Source of the DNA: Amoebophrya sp. A120
Lineage: Eukaryota > Protista > Dinoflagellata
Direction of reading: 5' to 3'
Assembly (NCBI GenBank): GCA_905178155.1
Contig: CAJINV010000003.1
Location: forward strand, 4,685,863 to 4,749,862
Length of the DNA: 64,000 nucleotides
Made by a program: the position numbers and the translations under genes
The notes under the pieces: generated by a model
Databases searched by the model: none
Seen by the model: only the letters and a program-made list of their open reading frames with translations
What the model was told of the DNA's origin: nothing
Shown here: in pieces, positions 10,265-22,152 of the stretch
Position numbering within the stretch: the first letter of the stretch is position 1
Layout: every line of letters begins with the position of its first letter

Positions 10265-13200
10265 ATGCCAAGTGCTTCCTCCTCCGCGAAGCGACCACTG
10301 GACGAGATCCGCAATGGTGGGCCGAAGCCGCCGACGAAAGCGGCAAAAGTAGCGGAAGAGCCGAAGAAGTCAACAACTGCTGGTGGTGCAACATCGACGA
10401 AAAAGGAGGTCCAGCTCCCGGTCATTGATCGCATCATGGTCGTGAAAAAAAATCACGAAATATGCACCGAAAAGGCCGGAGCGGGCAGAGTTGTAGTTGT
10501 GATGTTTGAGCGAATCGGCTATGGTCTCGCGGCTAAATGAATGTGATGCGCAATTCCATGATTACCATTTAGCGAGGACAAGACACGAACTTGCTCAGAG
10601 TTGTTTCAATAGGATACGCCCGTCTACGCGCTTTGCATGTTCGTAGGGCGATGCGCCCTCTATTTGCCATAGTTAAGTAGAATGGAAGCACTGCTCTGGC
10701 GCTTTTTTCGGTGCATATCTTGCGGCTTTTCGTGAACTTGGTGAAGATGGAAAGACGAGGATCAGGGTGGAGGACTGGAAGAGAGGGGAGATCGTGAAGT
10801 CTGCGATCGGATGGACTCCGTGCCCCATCGACGCGGAGCGCGACCCCGGGGGCGCTTCGGACTACATGTTGGAAAAACTTTACGACGGCCTGACGAGCAC
10901 GTACGGAAAGGGGCGCACCCGGGTACTACTTTAAAGAGCATCAGACCGCAGCAGCTTGCTATAATATGCTTGCGCTTATTTTCTGTCTTTTTTATACCTT
11001 ATGTCTATTCGCCTTTGTGTGTCATCTTGCACGAATGTAAAAATTGAAAACTTACTTGGCTTTATTCGCCTTCGGCCTGACTATCATCCAGGCCCAATGC
11101 GTGTTTATTGAAGTTGCCAAAGTGCTTAAGTACAAAATTACAGCTGAGCAGCGGAAACCAGATGCAGCACCTGGTTGACTATTTGCGAGACTCCTGCGAG
11201 CCGCCGATGCACTGCGACCCGTCCGAGGCCAACAACCAAAAAGGACGAGCCGAAAACATATCGAGGAGAACCTGCTGGCTCGTTGTTTCGATTGCCTATT
11301 CTTTCATCACCTTTCCTGCTGTCGTTAGGTTCGATCCTTTGAACCAATACCAATGAGAAGGATATGAGCATGACCCTTTCTACAACCATGAGCGTGCTCG
11401 CGCATTTTTTAAAGTAGTTGTAATTAATCTTGATCTTCAGCCCAAATTTAGGCCCGTATCAGCGATCCAGTTTTTGCTTGCATAAAATTTTTGGAATGAA
11501 TACTGTTTAATGGATGGAGACTTGGTGGTGGTATCGGGCGGCTCGAAGAAACCGGGCTTCGAGCAAGACGATGGCGTGGCGCTGTGTGAAGTCTTAACTG
11601 TATGAGAGTGCAGTTCGGATTCTTTGGTCGGGAAGGTCAAAGCTTCCAATGCTTGCATGTCCTCCCTGATGGCAACGAAGGGACAGTGTGATGGATATAG
11701 ATTTTTGATCTCCTTTCCCTGGTCTGTGCAAGTGCAAAGTTTTGCATGCTGAGGCTGACGTAGACGCTCGTGCATTTTGTTGCGTATTCCTAGTACGGTA
11801 TCGAATGGCTATGCGTGAGACAGCTGTATAATTCTGTACGGCTTTGGCTTTTCAGACCTACACAATTTTGCAGTGCATGAACCATCCGAAATGCGTGCTA
11901 TAGCGGAACAGCGCGGTGCGGAATAGGAGGGTCGGCGAACAGTGGAGAACAGGCGGGCAAGTCGACATTCTCCGAGAACAAGTTCTACCTGCGCATGAAG
12001 GTTCTGAAGGTGTGGGAAAAGGGTGAAGGGTGCCCGCTTCAGCAGCCCAACAAGGACGGCAATTACAGCGCGATCACAGTGGCGACCAACCAGAAGGCCT
12101 CGGTCGGTGGGGACTTCCGGAAGGCGGTTTGGAAGGCCCTCACTAAGGAGGAACAAAAACTGCTGGTGGACAAACTTTTGAAGCGGGAGGAGCTCATTGC
12201 AAAAGTGGGCTTCGAGGCATATGCAGGCACCAGATTGGGGACATTTTTTGGAAAGAACAAACAAGCAGGCCCATGCCTGTCTATTGTTCTAGGTCACTAC
12301 TTTTGCAAGAGCATGAGCCACCAAAGAAGGGCAGCGCCTTCAGACAGGTGGGGCGCTGCCTGTGGTCGGTAGCACTATGCAGGCGCGCTTGCGTGAGAAA
12401 GTGCCATGAGTGATTCTTTCGGTCGAAAATCCCCCAACCTGGCGCCTTCATAATTGCATCCCGAAGTACCGCGCGCAGGCAGAACGGCGGGCGATCCCGC
12501 TCTACACTGCGGAGGCAGTGAAGGTATTGGCGCACGCTTTTGCTAGTTTTCTACTTAGCTTGCCGAGTGGGGTTTTTCGCATTTTTGTTTCTTCTCGTGC
12601 CGTAGTTTGAATTTTTGATACAGCTCGCCAGATGTTTTCTAGCCATCTGGGGCTAGCCGCGCGCGGGATTCGGAAGGATGTAGCAGCACGTACGTAGTGG
12701 CTGTGGTGAGTAGAAGTTTCTGCTTGCTATAGGAGGCACACCGAAATATCGCAACAGGACAAGAAGGAGTTCCCCGTGCCGCAGAAGCCCACCTTCGAGA
12801 CGCTCCGGAACCACTTGCAAGTCCGATCCTTGCCGAAGACCACGCGCACCAATGTCAGCGTTGGCTCGACCGATTGGAAGAGCTTTGGCTGGATCAAGAG
12901 CCATTTTTATGCCAGTGCAATAAACTATCTGCCCCCTTCCCCGCCTGCAGTCTCAATTCCTCCACCTCTCTTATCGCTTGACTTGCATGCCGTGCATGAT
13001 CGTGTTTGTGCAGAATTGAATCCAATGCATGTGTTGTATACACGGGCCGATGGCAGGTAGCAAGAACTGCTGTAGCATTGACTTTTGCAGGAGAAACTGT
13101 TGTAGCAGCAACTGTTGTAGCAGAAGCTGTTTTAGCAGCAACTGTTGGTTCCTGATGATGGTTATGGTGAACAACAACAGGAACGAATCAGCAAACGCGC

Positions 13201-14468
13201 AATTTCACGTAGCAAACCGAAACAGCAGCGCTTTCTACGTGAAAATACGCGTTGCAGCTAAAGTGCCAAAATTCAAACATCCTACTGGGATGGTACACAG
13301 CAACAAATCCTTACTAAGAACATCGCAGCTGCTCTGTGCTTACGCTTAGCAAAGAGAGTAGAGGTCGAGGCGTGGGGATGTCTGGTTGGAGCCGTATTTT
13401 CCTTCTGCATACTCTCGTCGAAGTCCACACCACCAAGCAGTCCCTCTCCCCCGCCGCGTACGTGGAGAGCCAGTTCGAGATCCCCTGGGCCAGAGAAATG
13501 CTGCGTCAGATCACGATGTTGGCGAAAGAAGAAGCTGCGAAGAAAAACGGACTGCCAGTGACTTTCACAGCAATTGGAGTGGGGAAGAATAATTTGACTG
13601 GTCCGTTAGCTTAGCTAAGAGCTTTTTCTATGTAGCTGACAGCAGTCCTTTTCTTGATTGCTTTCAAATTGCAACGCTCGAAATCGTATCTATGAAGCAG
13701 CGAGATCCACGCTATCGGGGTCAAAGCAACTGGTTAAGGATTTCTGTTCCAGCCTTTTCACCTCCACTCGCTCCGCACACCTTACGTAGCCAATTTTGAA
13801 AAGTTTCCCACTTCGCAGGTTGGCACCAGGATCGAGGAAACAAGCGGGGCAGCAGCAACTACCAATTTGCGTTGGGCGACTTCGATTGCGAGATGGGCTA
13901 CGCAGCGATGGAAGTGAACAAGGGCAGGGTGGTGTTGCGGGGCGTAAAGGACAAAACTGCCGGCGATGTGGTGCTGGGGTGCAGAGGTATTCGCTACTAT
14001 CATGCGGCCTCCCTTTAAGCGGCCGAGTTTCAGATGTATTGCCGATCGCCCGCTGCTCCATTGGCTACTCGCTTGCGCTGCAGAATTCACAACTAAACAA
14101 CTCAGCCAGTAGCTGGGGGAGAGTTCTACTTCTAGGACTTTGCCCGTGCCTGTACGCAGCTGCTAGAAAGTCGCAGTAGCAGTCTATTGACTTGGACCCT
14201 CTGAGATCTGAAATGAAAACGAAAATCAACATCCACAGGGCCGTCGATCGATGACGCGCCTGCGAAGGAGGAGCAGTGCATCTTCCGCGACTGCAAAAAC
14301 AAGTGGATTGCTTTTGACCCGTACCGCTGGCATAGAACGGAAACGCATGGGAACGACCGATGGGTGGCAACGTGCTATACCCATGAGCCCCCAACTTCTG
14401 CCAAAGAAAAAAAGGACCTGGTGACCGCCCTGAAAAAGCTGGGATTCCCGGTGCCAGCGGACTGGTGA
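10265..14468 (+). CDS. TET/JBP-like 2OG-Fe(II) dioxygenase; 9 exons (10265-10429, 10749-10922, 11144-11257, 11980-12218, 12457-12523, 12758-12906, 13416-13600, 13819-13986, 14239-14468)
   Basis: All junctions are in frame. FTAIGVGKNNLTGW-HQD-RGN...ALGDF...WIAFDPYRW-H-RTETHGND-R-WVATCY...LGFPVP gives HxD...H...R. Four GT-AG introns (10923-11143, 12524-12757, 13601-13818, 13987-14238) and four stem introns. Confidence 0.7.
10430..10748 (+). mobile_element. Stem intron, CG...AT, 319 nt
   Basis: atatgcaccgaaaa/ttttcggtgcatat exact inverted repeat plus an outer stem. TSD tgatc/agatg. Gives VID|GKTRIRVEDW. Confidence 0.75.
11258..11979 (+). mobile_element. Stem intron, AT...AC, 722 nt
   Basis: tatcgaggagaa vs ttctccga. 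TSD aaaca/gaaca. Gives AEN|KFYLRMK in frame. Confidence 0.65.
12219..12456 (+). mobile_element. Stem intron, AT...TG, 238 nt
   Basis: tatgcaggcaccagattgggg vs ccccaacctggcgccttcata. Gives FEA|IPKY in frame. Confidence 0.8.
12907..13415 (+). mobile_element. Stem intron, TT...CT, 509 nt, containing a minisatellite
   Basis: tatgccag...tccccgcct vs aggcgtgggga...ctgcata. Gives KSHF|VEVHTT. GC3 rises right after 13416. Confidence 0.65.
13058..13147. repeat. 15-bp tandem repeat, 6 degenerate units (consensus near tagcagcaactgttg)
   Basis: Units start at 13058, 13073, 13088, 13103, 13118 and 13133. Confidence 0.85.
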
Positions 14469-15756
14469 GAAGCTAGCAGGTCGATCAATCTGGCGAAGGA
14501 GGTCGCAGGGATTTGCGTCGAGGGGTGGCCGCAACCTGATTCCAGTAAACACCTGGCCGCGTCCGGAAAGTGTCAAGCCCGCCCTCTCGATCCTTTCATC
14601 CCACCGCGCAGATGATCCTCTATTTCGCATCGATTTTTCCTTATCGAACCAGTTTCCGCATCAGCATCGTCCGTGATAACTCCGTCCAAAGAGACAGCAG
14701 CTAGTTCTTCTAAAATGTGTCAAATTCGAATTTAATGTCTATGCATCTATTTTGTGTTGTCTACACCAGAATTTGTGTTGTTACGTATACGTCCGTGCTG
14801 AAAGCGTGCGCATGAACAATGTTTGTTTTTTCAAATGAGAAGGTCAGCAGTGTTAGATGTGAGTATTGAATGCGAAGAAAGTACTTATAAAGATAAAGGT
14901 AAAACGAAAGTTTGATTATGTTGGGAGTCGGAAAAGTATAATACGAGCTCGAAGTGGACGCTGCGCACCCAGTCAGCAGCTCTTCATCAATGAAGCGATG
15001 AAGAAAATAGGCAGGATGCCACACTTGCGTTAGAGTATCAGAAGCACAAACGTGTCCTATCGCCACCGAGAGTGCTGACGGTCTGCGAGGTACACAGTCC
15101 TAGTAAGTGGACGAGCAGATCCTGTAGCCAAGTGTAAAAGATTGATCGGCTCTGCGCAGCTCAGCTTCAAACACATTTGGTTTTTTTCTTGTTGATCGAA
15201 CGATCATAATGCGAAAGATTGCTCCCACCCATACGACTGTGGATCCGGAATCGGTGTGACTCATACAGCGTGTTGGCGTTGCATTTAGAAATTGTGATTT
15301 TTCATTTCAATCTCAGGATCTTGGACTGACTGTACCGATTGGATCGATCGAAGTGCGTGACTGTTTAGGTTTCGTCTGCTCTTTCACCTTTCGTGCTGCG
15401 TTGCCTCGTGGGTGTGTGAGAATTGTGTGGTCCTCTCTTTTTGGCCAAAAGCAAAAAGAAGAACATATCAGTTTTTGTAGCCGCGGTTTTGAAGAAGAAG
15501 AACGATCGAAAACAAACATATTCATATCTGCACCCATCTTCATCATAAGTAAATCGACTTGGGCAACACAAATTGGTGAAAGTAGATGGTGTATGAAGTA
15601 CCGATATACTAAAACTCGCAGTCACAAGTTCATTTCGCGTGTATTGAGTTTTTCAGAGCCCAAGGTGGTACAACTCGATTACAATGTTGAAGTGACCCCT
15701 GGCGGATGGAACTTCGTCATTTTACTTGATAGGAGATCGAGATTTCTCGCGGTACC

Positions 15757-18700
15757 ATGTTGCGGCACCTGCGGGCGTTCGATCTGTACCCGCGGTTGAA
15801 GCAGGACGCCACGGGCGACGGTACCCGGGGCCCGAAATCATCCCGCGTAGCATTCCTGGTTCTTTTTGGGTCGCAGCTTCTCGTGCTCCTCTGCATGGTA
15901 ACGGAAATTCGAGACTTTCTGTCGCCCACAGTATCACAGGAGTTTGTGGTCGACCACGCGGAACAAGTGGATGTCGATAGTTCAAGCAAACGTGCCTCCC
16001 CGCGTCCCCAGCTGAACATGCGGGTGTCTTTCAACCTGACGATTGTGGATATCCGGTGCTTGGATGTGTCCCTAGACTACCAGAACACCATGGGCCTGCG
16101 CGCGGTCGACGTGAAAAGCGGGATTCGCAAGGTGCGGCTGGACGGTCTTACCCTGCGCCCCCTGGCAAACTTACCGTCCTTGCCGAACGACGTGGAGGAG
16201 GAGCTATTGGATCCGGACTTCCCCGGGATACACCACCGACACGCCGGTACGAACGAGACCTGCGGGGACTGCTACGGCGCGCTGCCGGCAACCGAGTGCT
16301 GTGACACCTGCGAGGACGTGCTGCACGCATACCGCATGAAAAAGTGGGCCCTTCCCCGTATCGAACAGCTCGCGCAGTGCCGCGGGCGAGAAACAGAGAG
16401 CTGGCGTAAGGTATACAGCCCCTCGGTGCAAGTGGCCCGGCCGGTTCGGCCGGACTCGCCGCCGGGGATGAGCAGGGATGAGAGCGGTGACTCGTCGACC
16501 CGTGCGAGGGCATCCTCAATATCCGCACGCCTGCGTGAGTCGTCTTCGTATCCGTCCATTTTAGGAAGCAGCTTCAGCATCCGGCACTTTCGGCCGCTGG
16601 ACCTCACTTCCCTGTCGATCTGGGACTTCGGGAATCGTGATTCGCTCTGGGAAGCGAGCGCGGGAAAGCCTTGGCCCAACTGCATCATGAAAAACACGGC
16701 CATTTTTGACAACGAGGAGGAGAGCGGAGGACCCTTGCGAGGACGTTCAACTGAGGCTGGTACTACAGGTACTACGGACAACAAGAATTCCAAAGCAGCA
16801 GGCCCTTTGCGCGTGGACCTTACCGTGTTGGACGAGTTCATTGCGGCAGAAACCAAGAAGTTGGAGGACAGCGGGCGAGTTCCCACCGCCAGGTTTGGGT
16901 CACTGAGTTTGAACCCGTTCATCAGCAGCACCACCACCACCAGCTCCACTCCCGCAGGCGGAGACACGCAGCGCGCCTCCGCTCTGCGGGGATGTGCGCC
17001 GACGTCATCTGAGAGCAGTAGTGCAACCAACCGCATCCTCGGGAACACGAAAGGAACAAGCCAAAGCGATGCAGCATCTGCAGCGGACCACGGTGCAGCC
17101 TGTAAGTCCACGAATCAGTTCGAGAGCCGGTGGGAAGAGGTCTGCGCCCTAGTCTGTGCGCGCGTGCCGGAATGCAAGTACTGGCGACACGGCTTTGCCT
17201 CTAGTGCCATGACGAGTAAATGCTGGCTCCATGCCAGCAAGCAAAATAACCAGTGGCGGCTCGGGTTCCGGTCCGCCCCGCGTGACTGCCTTCCGCCAGC
17301 TCCCGGCGACGGGAAGATGAACGATGGGACATTAAAGACCTCTTCGTCACGAGATGGGCCACAGGATCATGAAACAGCTGCGCACAAAGCAGGACACCTA
17401 CCAGATGAAAAAAGCGGTGCAAGTAGAGAGGCCGAGAATAACCCCCACCAAGATCAAGGTGCCGCCGCGCCCAGCTCCACTTTGCAGACGGCACAAGAAC
17501 GAAGAGATTTGCGTACGAAAGTGGTGAAGGCCGAGAGCACGGGGTCGTCTTCTCCGAGCGTTGACCCGAACTCAAACGTCCCGGCGGATGCTGCAGCGCC
17601 CGCGGCGCAGGCGAAGAACTCCGCGCAAACAAGTACTACTAGAGACGACCCAGCCCCCCAGGGGGAAAATGAAAAAAGCGCACCTCGCAGGAGGCTTTTG
17701 CGCATTTTCGACTCCGACGAGGACGCTTTCTATGGACCAGGCGGGATCCCCCTGGGCGGGGCGCAGTACGACGTGCTGGACCACGTTCGGACCAGCGCGC
17801 AGAAGGGCGAATCCTGCCGCATCTACGGACACTTCCTGACGGCCAAGGTCCCGGGCAATTTCCACGTCAACTTTAAATCCACCAGCTCGGCCTTTTTCCA
17901 GGGTACGTTCGACCGTCCGCAGAAGGAATACGCGCACGTCATCCACCACCTGCAGTTCACGGAGATCGATCCCCGCTCCGGGGAACCGATCTTGCGCCGC
18001 ATCAGCGACCCGCAGCCGCGCAGCGAGCGGTATCTGCTGTCCGAAAGCACCTACTTGGAGGGGAAAAAAACTGGGAGGACAGAGAAGACTAGCACAAGCG
18101 GTAATGAAGCCGTACATTCTGCTGCTGGTCGTGCAGAGGTAACCAGCAAAGGAATAGATGCAGACAAACATTCTGTGCGGACTCGAATACGGCAGCTATT
18201 GCAGGACGCAGATGACGGGGACACGGCACTGGACCGGTGGTCCCCTCTGGATGGAACGGCCTTGGTGAACACGGACGGGGCAGTATCCTGAGTGAAAAGC
18301 ATCCCAAAGCAGGACCAATTTGCGCACGATGTGATTGTTGTCCATGTACATGTAGCCGTGCCGGCAGGTCAGGAATCGGAATGCTTCACACATCGTTCGG
18401 CATGTAAACATGACCCAAATAGAGACACAACTTGTCGAGACCCGTGTGCGAGAAGTATATCTCCGTAGTGGATTTGGTTTTGGATGGGCAGCCATGGGAT
18501 GCTTTTTACACCCGACAAGCAACCACAAGCCAGTACTATTTGACCCTGATACCGAACACCGACGAGTTTCAGCAGCGGGGCTTTCAGGTATCGTTTCAAA
18601 ATTTTGGCTCACGGTCTAGATAAAAAGAAGAGCGGCCTTCTATCTATCATGCTGTAAAAGTTTTTGCATAAAAATACGATCCAACGGCGCTCACATGCGA

Positions 18701-19003
18701 GAGTGAGGATACTAGGATGCAGATAGAGGGGCCGTCGGGACCGATTTCATCAATCTCTGGACTTGTTGTCCTCAGGTACGAGTCAATATTTTGGTTTCAT
18801 ACCGGTACCACAGTGCTGGATTTCAGACGGCCGGTCTCTTTGACTCAGGAATCTACTTTCGCTACGAAGTCGATCCCATTCGCGTGCTTTACACTCGCAA
18901 GCAGTTGTCGCCGGCGAAGTTTCTGATCCATCTTTGCGGCATTGTTGGTGGGATAGTAGCGACAGTACAGTTCATGTTCTTTTCGACGAAGCTGCGCACT
19001 TGA
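15757..19003 (+). CDS. ERGIC3: ERGIC3/Erv46-like ER-Golgi cargo receptor with large inserts; exons 15757-18282, 18522-18587, 18806-19003
   Basis: LRAFDLYPR, CGDCYGA...CCDTCEDVLHAYRMKKW, GESCRIYGHFLTAKVPGNFHV, SPLDG, QYYLTLIP, GIYFRYEVDPI, FLIHLCGIVGG. Confidence 0.9.
18283..18521 (+). mobile_element. Stem intron, GT...CA, 239 nt
   Basis: tatcctgagtgaaaagcatccca vs tgggatgctttttacacccgaca. TSD ggcag/agcaa. Gives TDGA|TTSQYYL. Confidence 0.8.
18588..18805 (+). mobile_element. Stem intron, GT...GG, 218 nt (an in-frame AG alternative exists at 18775)
   Basis: tatcgtttcaaaattttggctc vs gagtcaatattttggtttcata, plus internal stem cggccttctatct/agatagaggggccg. Gives GFQ|YHSAG. Confidence 0.7.
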
Positions 19004-19959
19004 AAGAACTTGGAGATTTCAGCGGAGCGACAGCAAGACACAGCAATATCCACATCTAACGATTCTTGGTTCGGTACAGCGAACGCCTTCGCCTACTTTG
19101 CATTGAGGTAATTGTTTCACGTCGCAAGTTTTCGATTGGGGAAACAACGTTAAAACTAAAGAACAGAATGAAAGAAAACTAGAATGTTATGGCTGTGTAT
19201 CGCGCTCCTAGTACGTCTACGTACTGCTACTGTTCCATTCTTGGTGTGGTTATTCGTGCCTTAGTCCTTTGAGTGGTCTGCTAGGTGTGTGCTGCAAAAG
19301 CGCAGGAGTTACAAGGCTATGACGTGTTTGATTTTTTTCTGTAGTGACGGACTAGCTCCAGAAATGGAAAGGAGAGAGACAGGGATGAGAGGCATGTCAG
19401 TACTTAAAAAATCCAGATGCTCGCCTGTTGCTACGCCGGTGTCCCGCCGCCGTGGCTACTTAAGTAATACCGATATGGATATTTCAATTCACATTCAGCT
19501 TTCCTTGCTCTGTGGCAGTTTTGCTACCTTGTGGCTGCGAGCAGCAATCTGCATACCGACGCACTCCTTCGCGAGTCTCAATTTATCTACAGCACCCGTT
19601 CTTCCCCACCATGAGTTCGTTTCTACCGCATGTATGCATGATTTTGTAGAAAGTCAATAAAAGACAAAGATTTTCGGCGACCACAGGTCGGTGTAGCATA
19701 GAGTTACATTTCTCTCTAAAGATTCTTTATCTTGATGCTATGTGTGTCCTCCGATGGCCTGGTGATAGCAGTAGAGAAAATTTCGCTCTTGGACGAGAAG
19801 CAGTATGAGGTTTTCCCGGAACGCCGATGGCTGTGTCGTGCGTTCTCGGTCTCACATCTCCAGCCCTCGTGTATAAACGTATGTGAATATCAAAGCCCCG
19901 GCCCCCGAGTAAAGACAAACTTACGACTCAGTGCTGTTGTAGATAGAAGAAGCCCAACG

Positions 19960-22152
19960 ATGAGTGGAGACGGTGCAAGCGCGACGACCACTATCGTCGT
20001 GCCGTCTTCGGACGAGGTCGCACCTGAGGTAGATACTTCTACCGGGGCGGCACTTGCCACAGCGGACGAAGACGCTGGTCCACCAAAGCTCCCGGTCGAG
20101 AATGAGGACGAGACAACGGACGAGGAACTGCGTTCCTTATCAAATGTAAAAATGTCTGGGTCTGGGAGGATGGAACTTGTCATGCTAAATCTAATTCATG
20201 CAAGAAATCTGTGTTGCGTGATTACCAACAGCCGTCGTTTTTTACCGAGTTGAGAGGGAATTTCTCATGCAGGATCAGCATGCTAGAGATCTCACAGAGT
20301 TTGTCATGCTAGGCGCTGCATTCCAGACCTCATGAGTCATAGAAAACCCGCATGACAAACCTGGCAATCTTCCAGACACAGACATTTTTGCATTTGATAC
20401 TCCTGGTACTTGTACGACATTGCGAACTCGGTGTACTCGGCCCCGGCCATGGCCATGCTGAACAACTTGCAGCACATCGGGCTGGCGACCTGGAACGGTT
20501 GCAATAACGTGAAGGAGGAAACCAACGGCGCGGTCCAGTGCGACTCGAAGGGTGAGCTCCCCGACAACAGCGACCGCGAGCTAGAGACCGATATCGGGCT
20601 GCGGCCGAGCTCCGTCACCTTTTTGGTGATCGCCCTGTCCGTGTTTTTCCAGGCGATCGCCTACATTTCCCTTTCCGCGTACGCGGACTACGGGAAAAAC
20701 AAGAAGCTGCTCCTGCGCCGCACCTGCATGGCGGGCTGCCTCTGCGGGTCCCTATTTGCCTTCTGCGTGGACCCCGCTTTGTGGTGGGTGGTGTCCTTGC
20801 TGATCGTGTTCACGGGCGTCTTCCACGGCCTCTCCATCGTGTACTACAACGCTTACTTGCCTTTGATGGTGCGGAACCATCCCGAGTACAAGCTGGTGGC
20901 GCAACAAGAAGTTGAGAAGCAGCAGTCCACCGGCGTGAAGACGAGTCAGGAGCGCGAAGAGGACGACTCTACGCTGGCGAAGGACGAAAGCGGAACGAAG
21001 AACGTGGAAGCCACCAGTAGTTCCGTGCTCACGGAGGAGCGGTTGTCCTCGGAGTTTTCGAACCGTGGCTTTGCCTACGGCTACGTTTCCTCCGCCATCG
21101 CCTGCGTTCTCGTTGCCGGCATTCTCTTCGCCACCGGCCCCGAGAAGGACAGCAGCCGGGATACCTACAAGGACCGCTTCGGCTTCGTCGTCCTCGGTGC
21201 GTGCAGCTTGCTGTGCGCGCTGTTCTGGCTCGGTGCCGGGCTGCGGTCCGCCGCCGGGCTGAAGGACCGAGAGGGGCCCGAGCTGCAAACGAGTGAGGAG
21301 TGGGCGGAAACCATGGGTGGCGCGCACGTGCGCGTGACCGCGTGGACTGCGGTCAGGTTTTCGTGGAGGCGGACTTACCGTGCGCTTGTTTTGCTGTTCC
21401 GCCCGGAAAATCGAAATATGTGCCGGTTCATGATGGCCTACTTTCTGTTCTCCGACGGGTACAGCACCATTGCGAATGCTGGAATCATCTACGCGCAAGT
21501 GGATTTGAAGATTGCGACGATGTGGCTCGGCGTCATCCTGGTGGAGGTGGTGTTTTTCAATTTTGTCGGAGTCAAGTTCTTCCACTGGCTCTTCAGCGGG
21601 AACCCGGCAAAGGGGAAGCCCGCCGTCCGCGCCAAGGTCGCGATGCAAATCCTGCTCGTGTTGTACATGATATCGAGCGTGATTGCCTTTTTTACGCTGC
21701 ACTTGGGGCTGCCTGCCCTGCTCTTCTTCGGCTTCGCGCACGGCATGCTGTTGGGAACCTGCCAAAGCTACTCTCGCGTGCTGTTCTCCAGTCTGGTGCC
21801 GAAGGGACTGGAGGCGCAGATGTTTGCGCTGTACGAAATCTCCGACAAGGGAAGCAGTTGGATCGGCCCGACAGTGCTGGCGATTATTGCACAGTTCACC
21901 TCCGTGCGCTACGGCTTTTTCTGGGTCTTTCTAGCCTTCTTCATTGGCTTTCTGCTACTGCACCCGCTCAACCTCGACGAAACCAGTCAGCAGCGAAACC
22001 AAAACTTCGAACTCGACGCCGGAGCGCACGAGTGGGAAAAGCGCACTTCCACCCGCAGTTCTTCCCGGGTGGGAAATGCTAAACTTCGGTCGGAGGCCAG
22101 CACCCAATCCGGCATTGACTACACTCCTCAGAAAGACAAAGAACCCGCCTGA
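19960..22152 (+). CDS. ATG22: Atg22/UMF1-like MFS transporter; exons 19960-20136 and 20404-22152
   Basis: EELRS|WYLYDIANSVYS, YADYGKNKK, YYNAYLP, SNRGFAYGY, FLFSDGYSTI, QSYSRVLFSSLVPKGLEAQMFALYEISDKGSSWIGP. Confidence 0.9.
20137..20403 (+). mobile_element. Introner family A, copy 1; TT...CC, 267 nt
   Basis: TIR tatcaaatgtaaaaatgtctgggtctgg / ccagacacagacatttttgcatttgata. TSD ttcct/ctcct. No AG in any equivalent register. Confidence 0.92.

Noticed and set aside
13058-13147. CRISPR array, or a Cys-rich or QQLLL-repeat peptide gene
   Set aside because: No spacers; this is a tandem minisatellite inside an intron, and the ORFs are by-products.
13785-13803. Dinoflagellate spliced-leader-like fragments (cgtagccaattttg here; ttttggctca at 18602 and 30011)
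   Set aside because: Short partial matches in introns or intergenic DNA, not clearly tied to a gene start. Compatible with chance.
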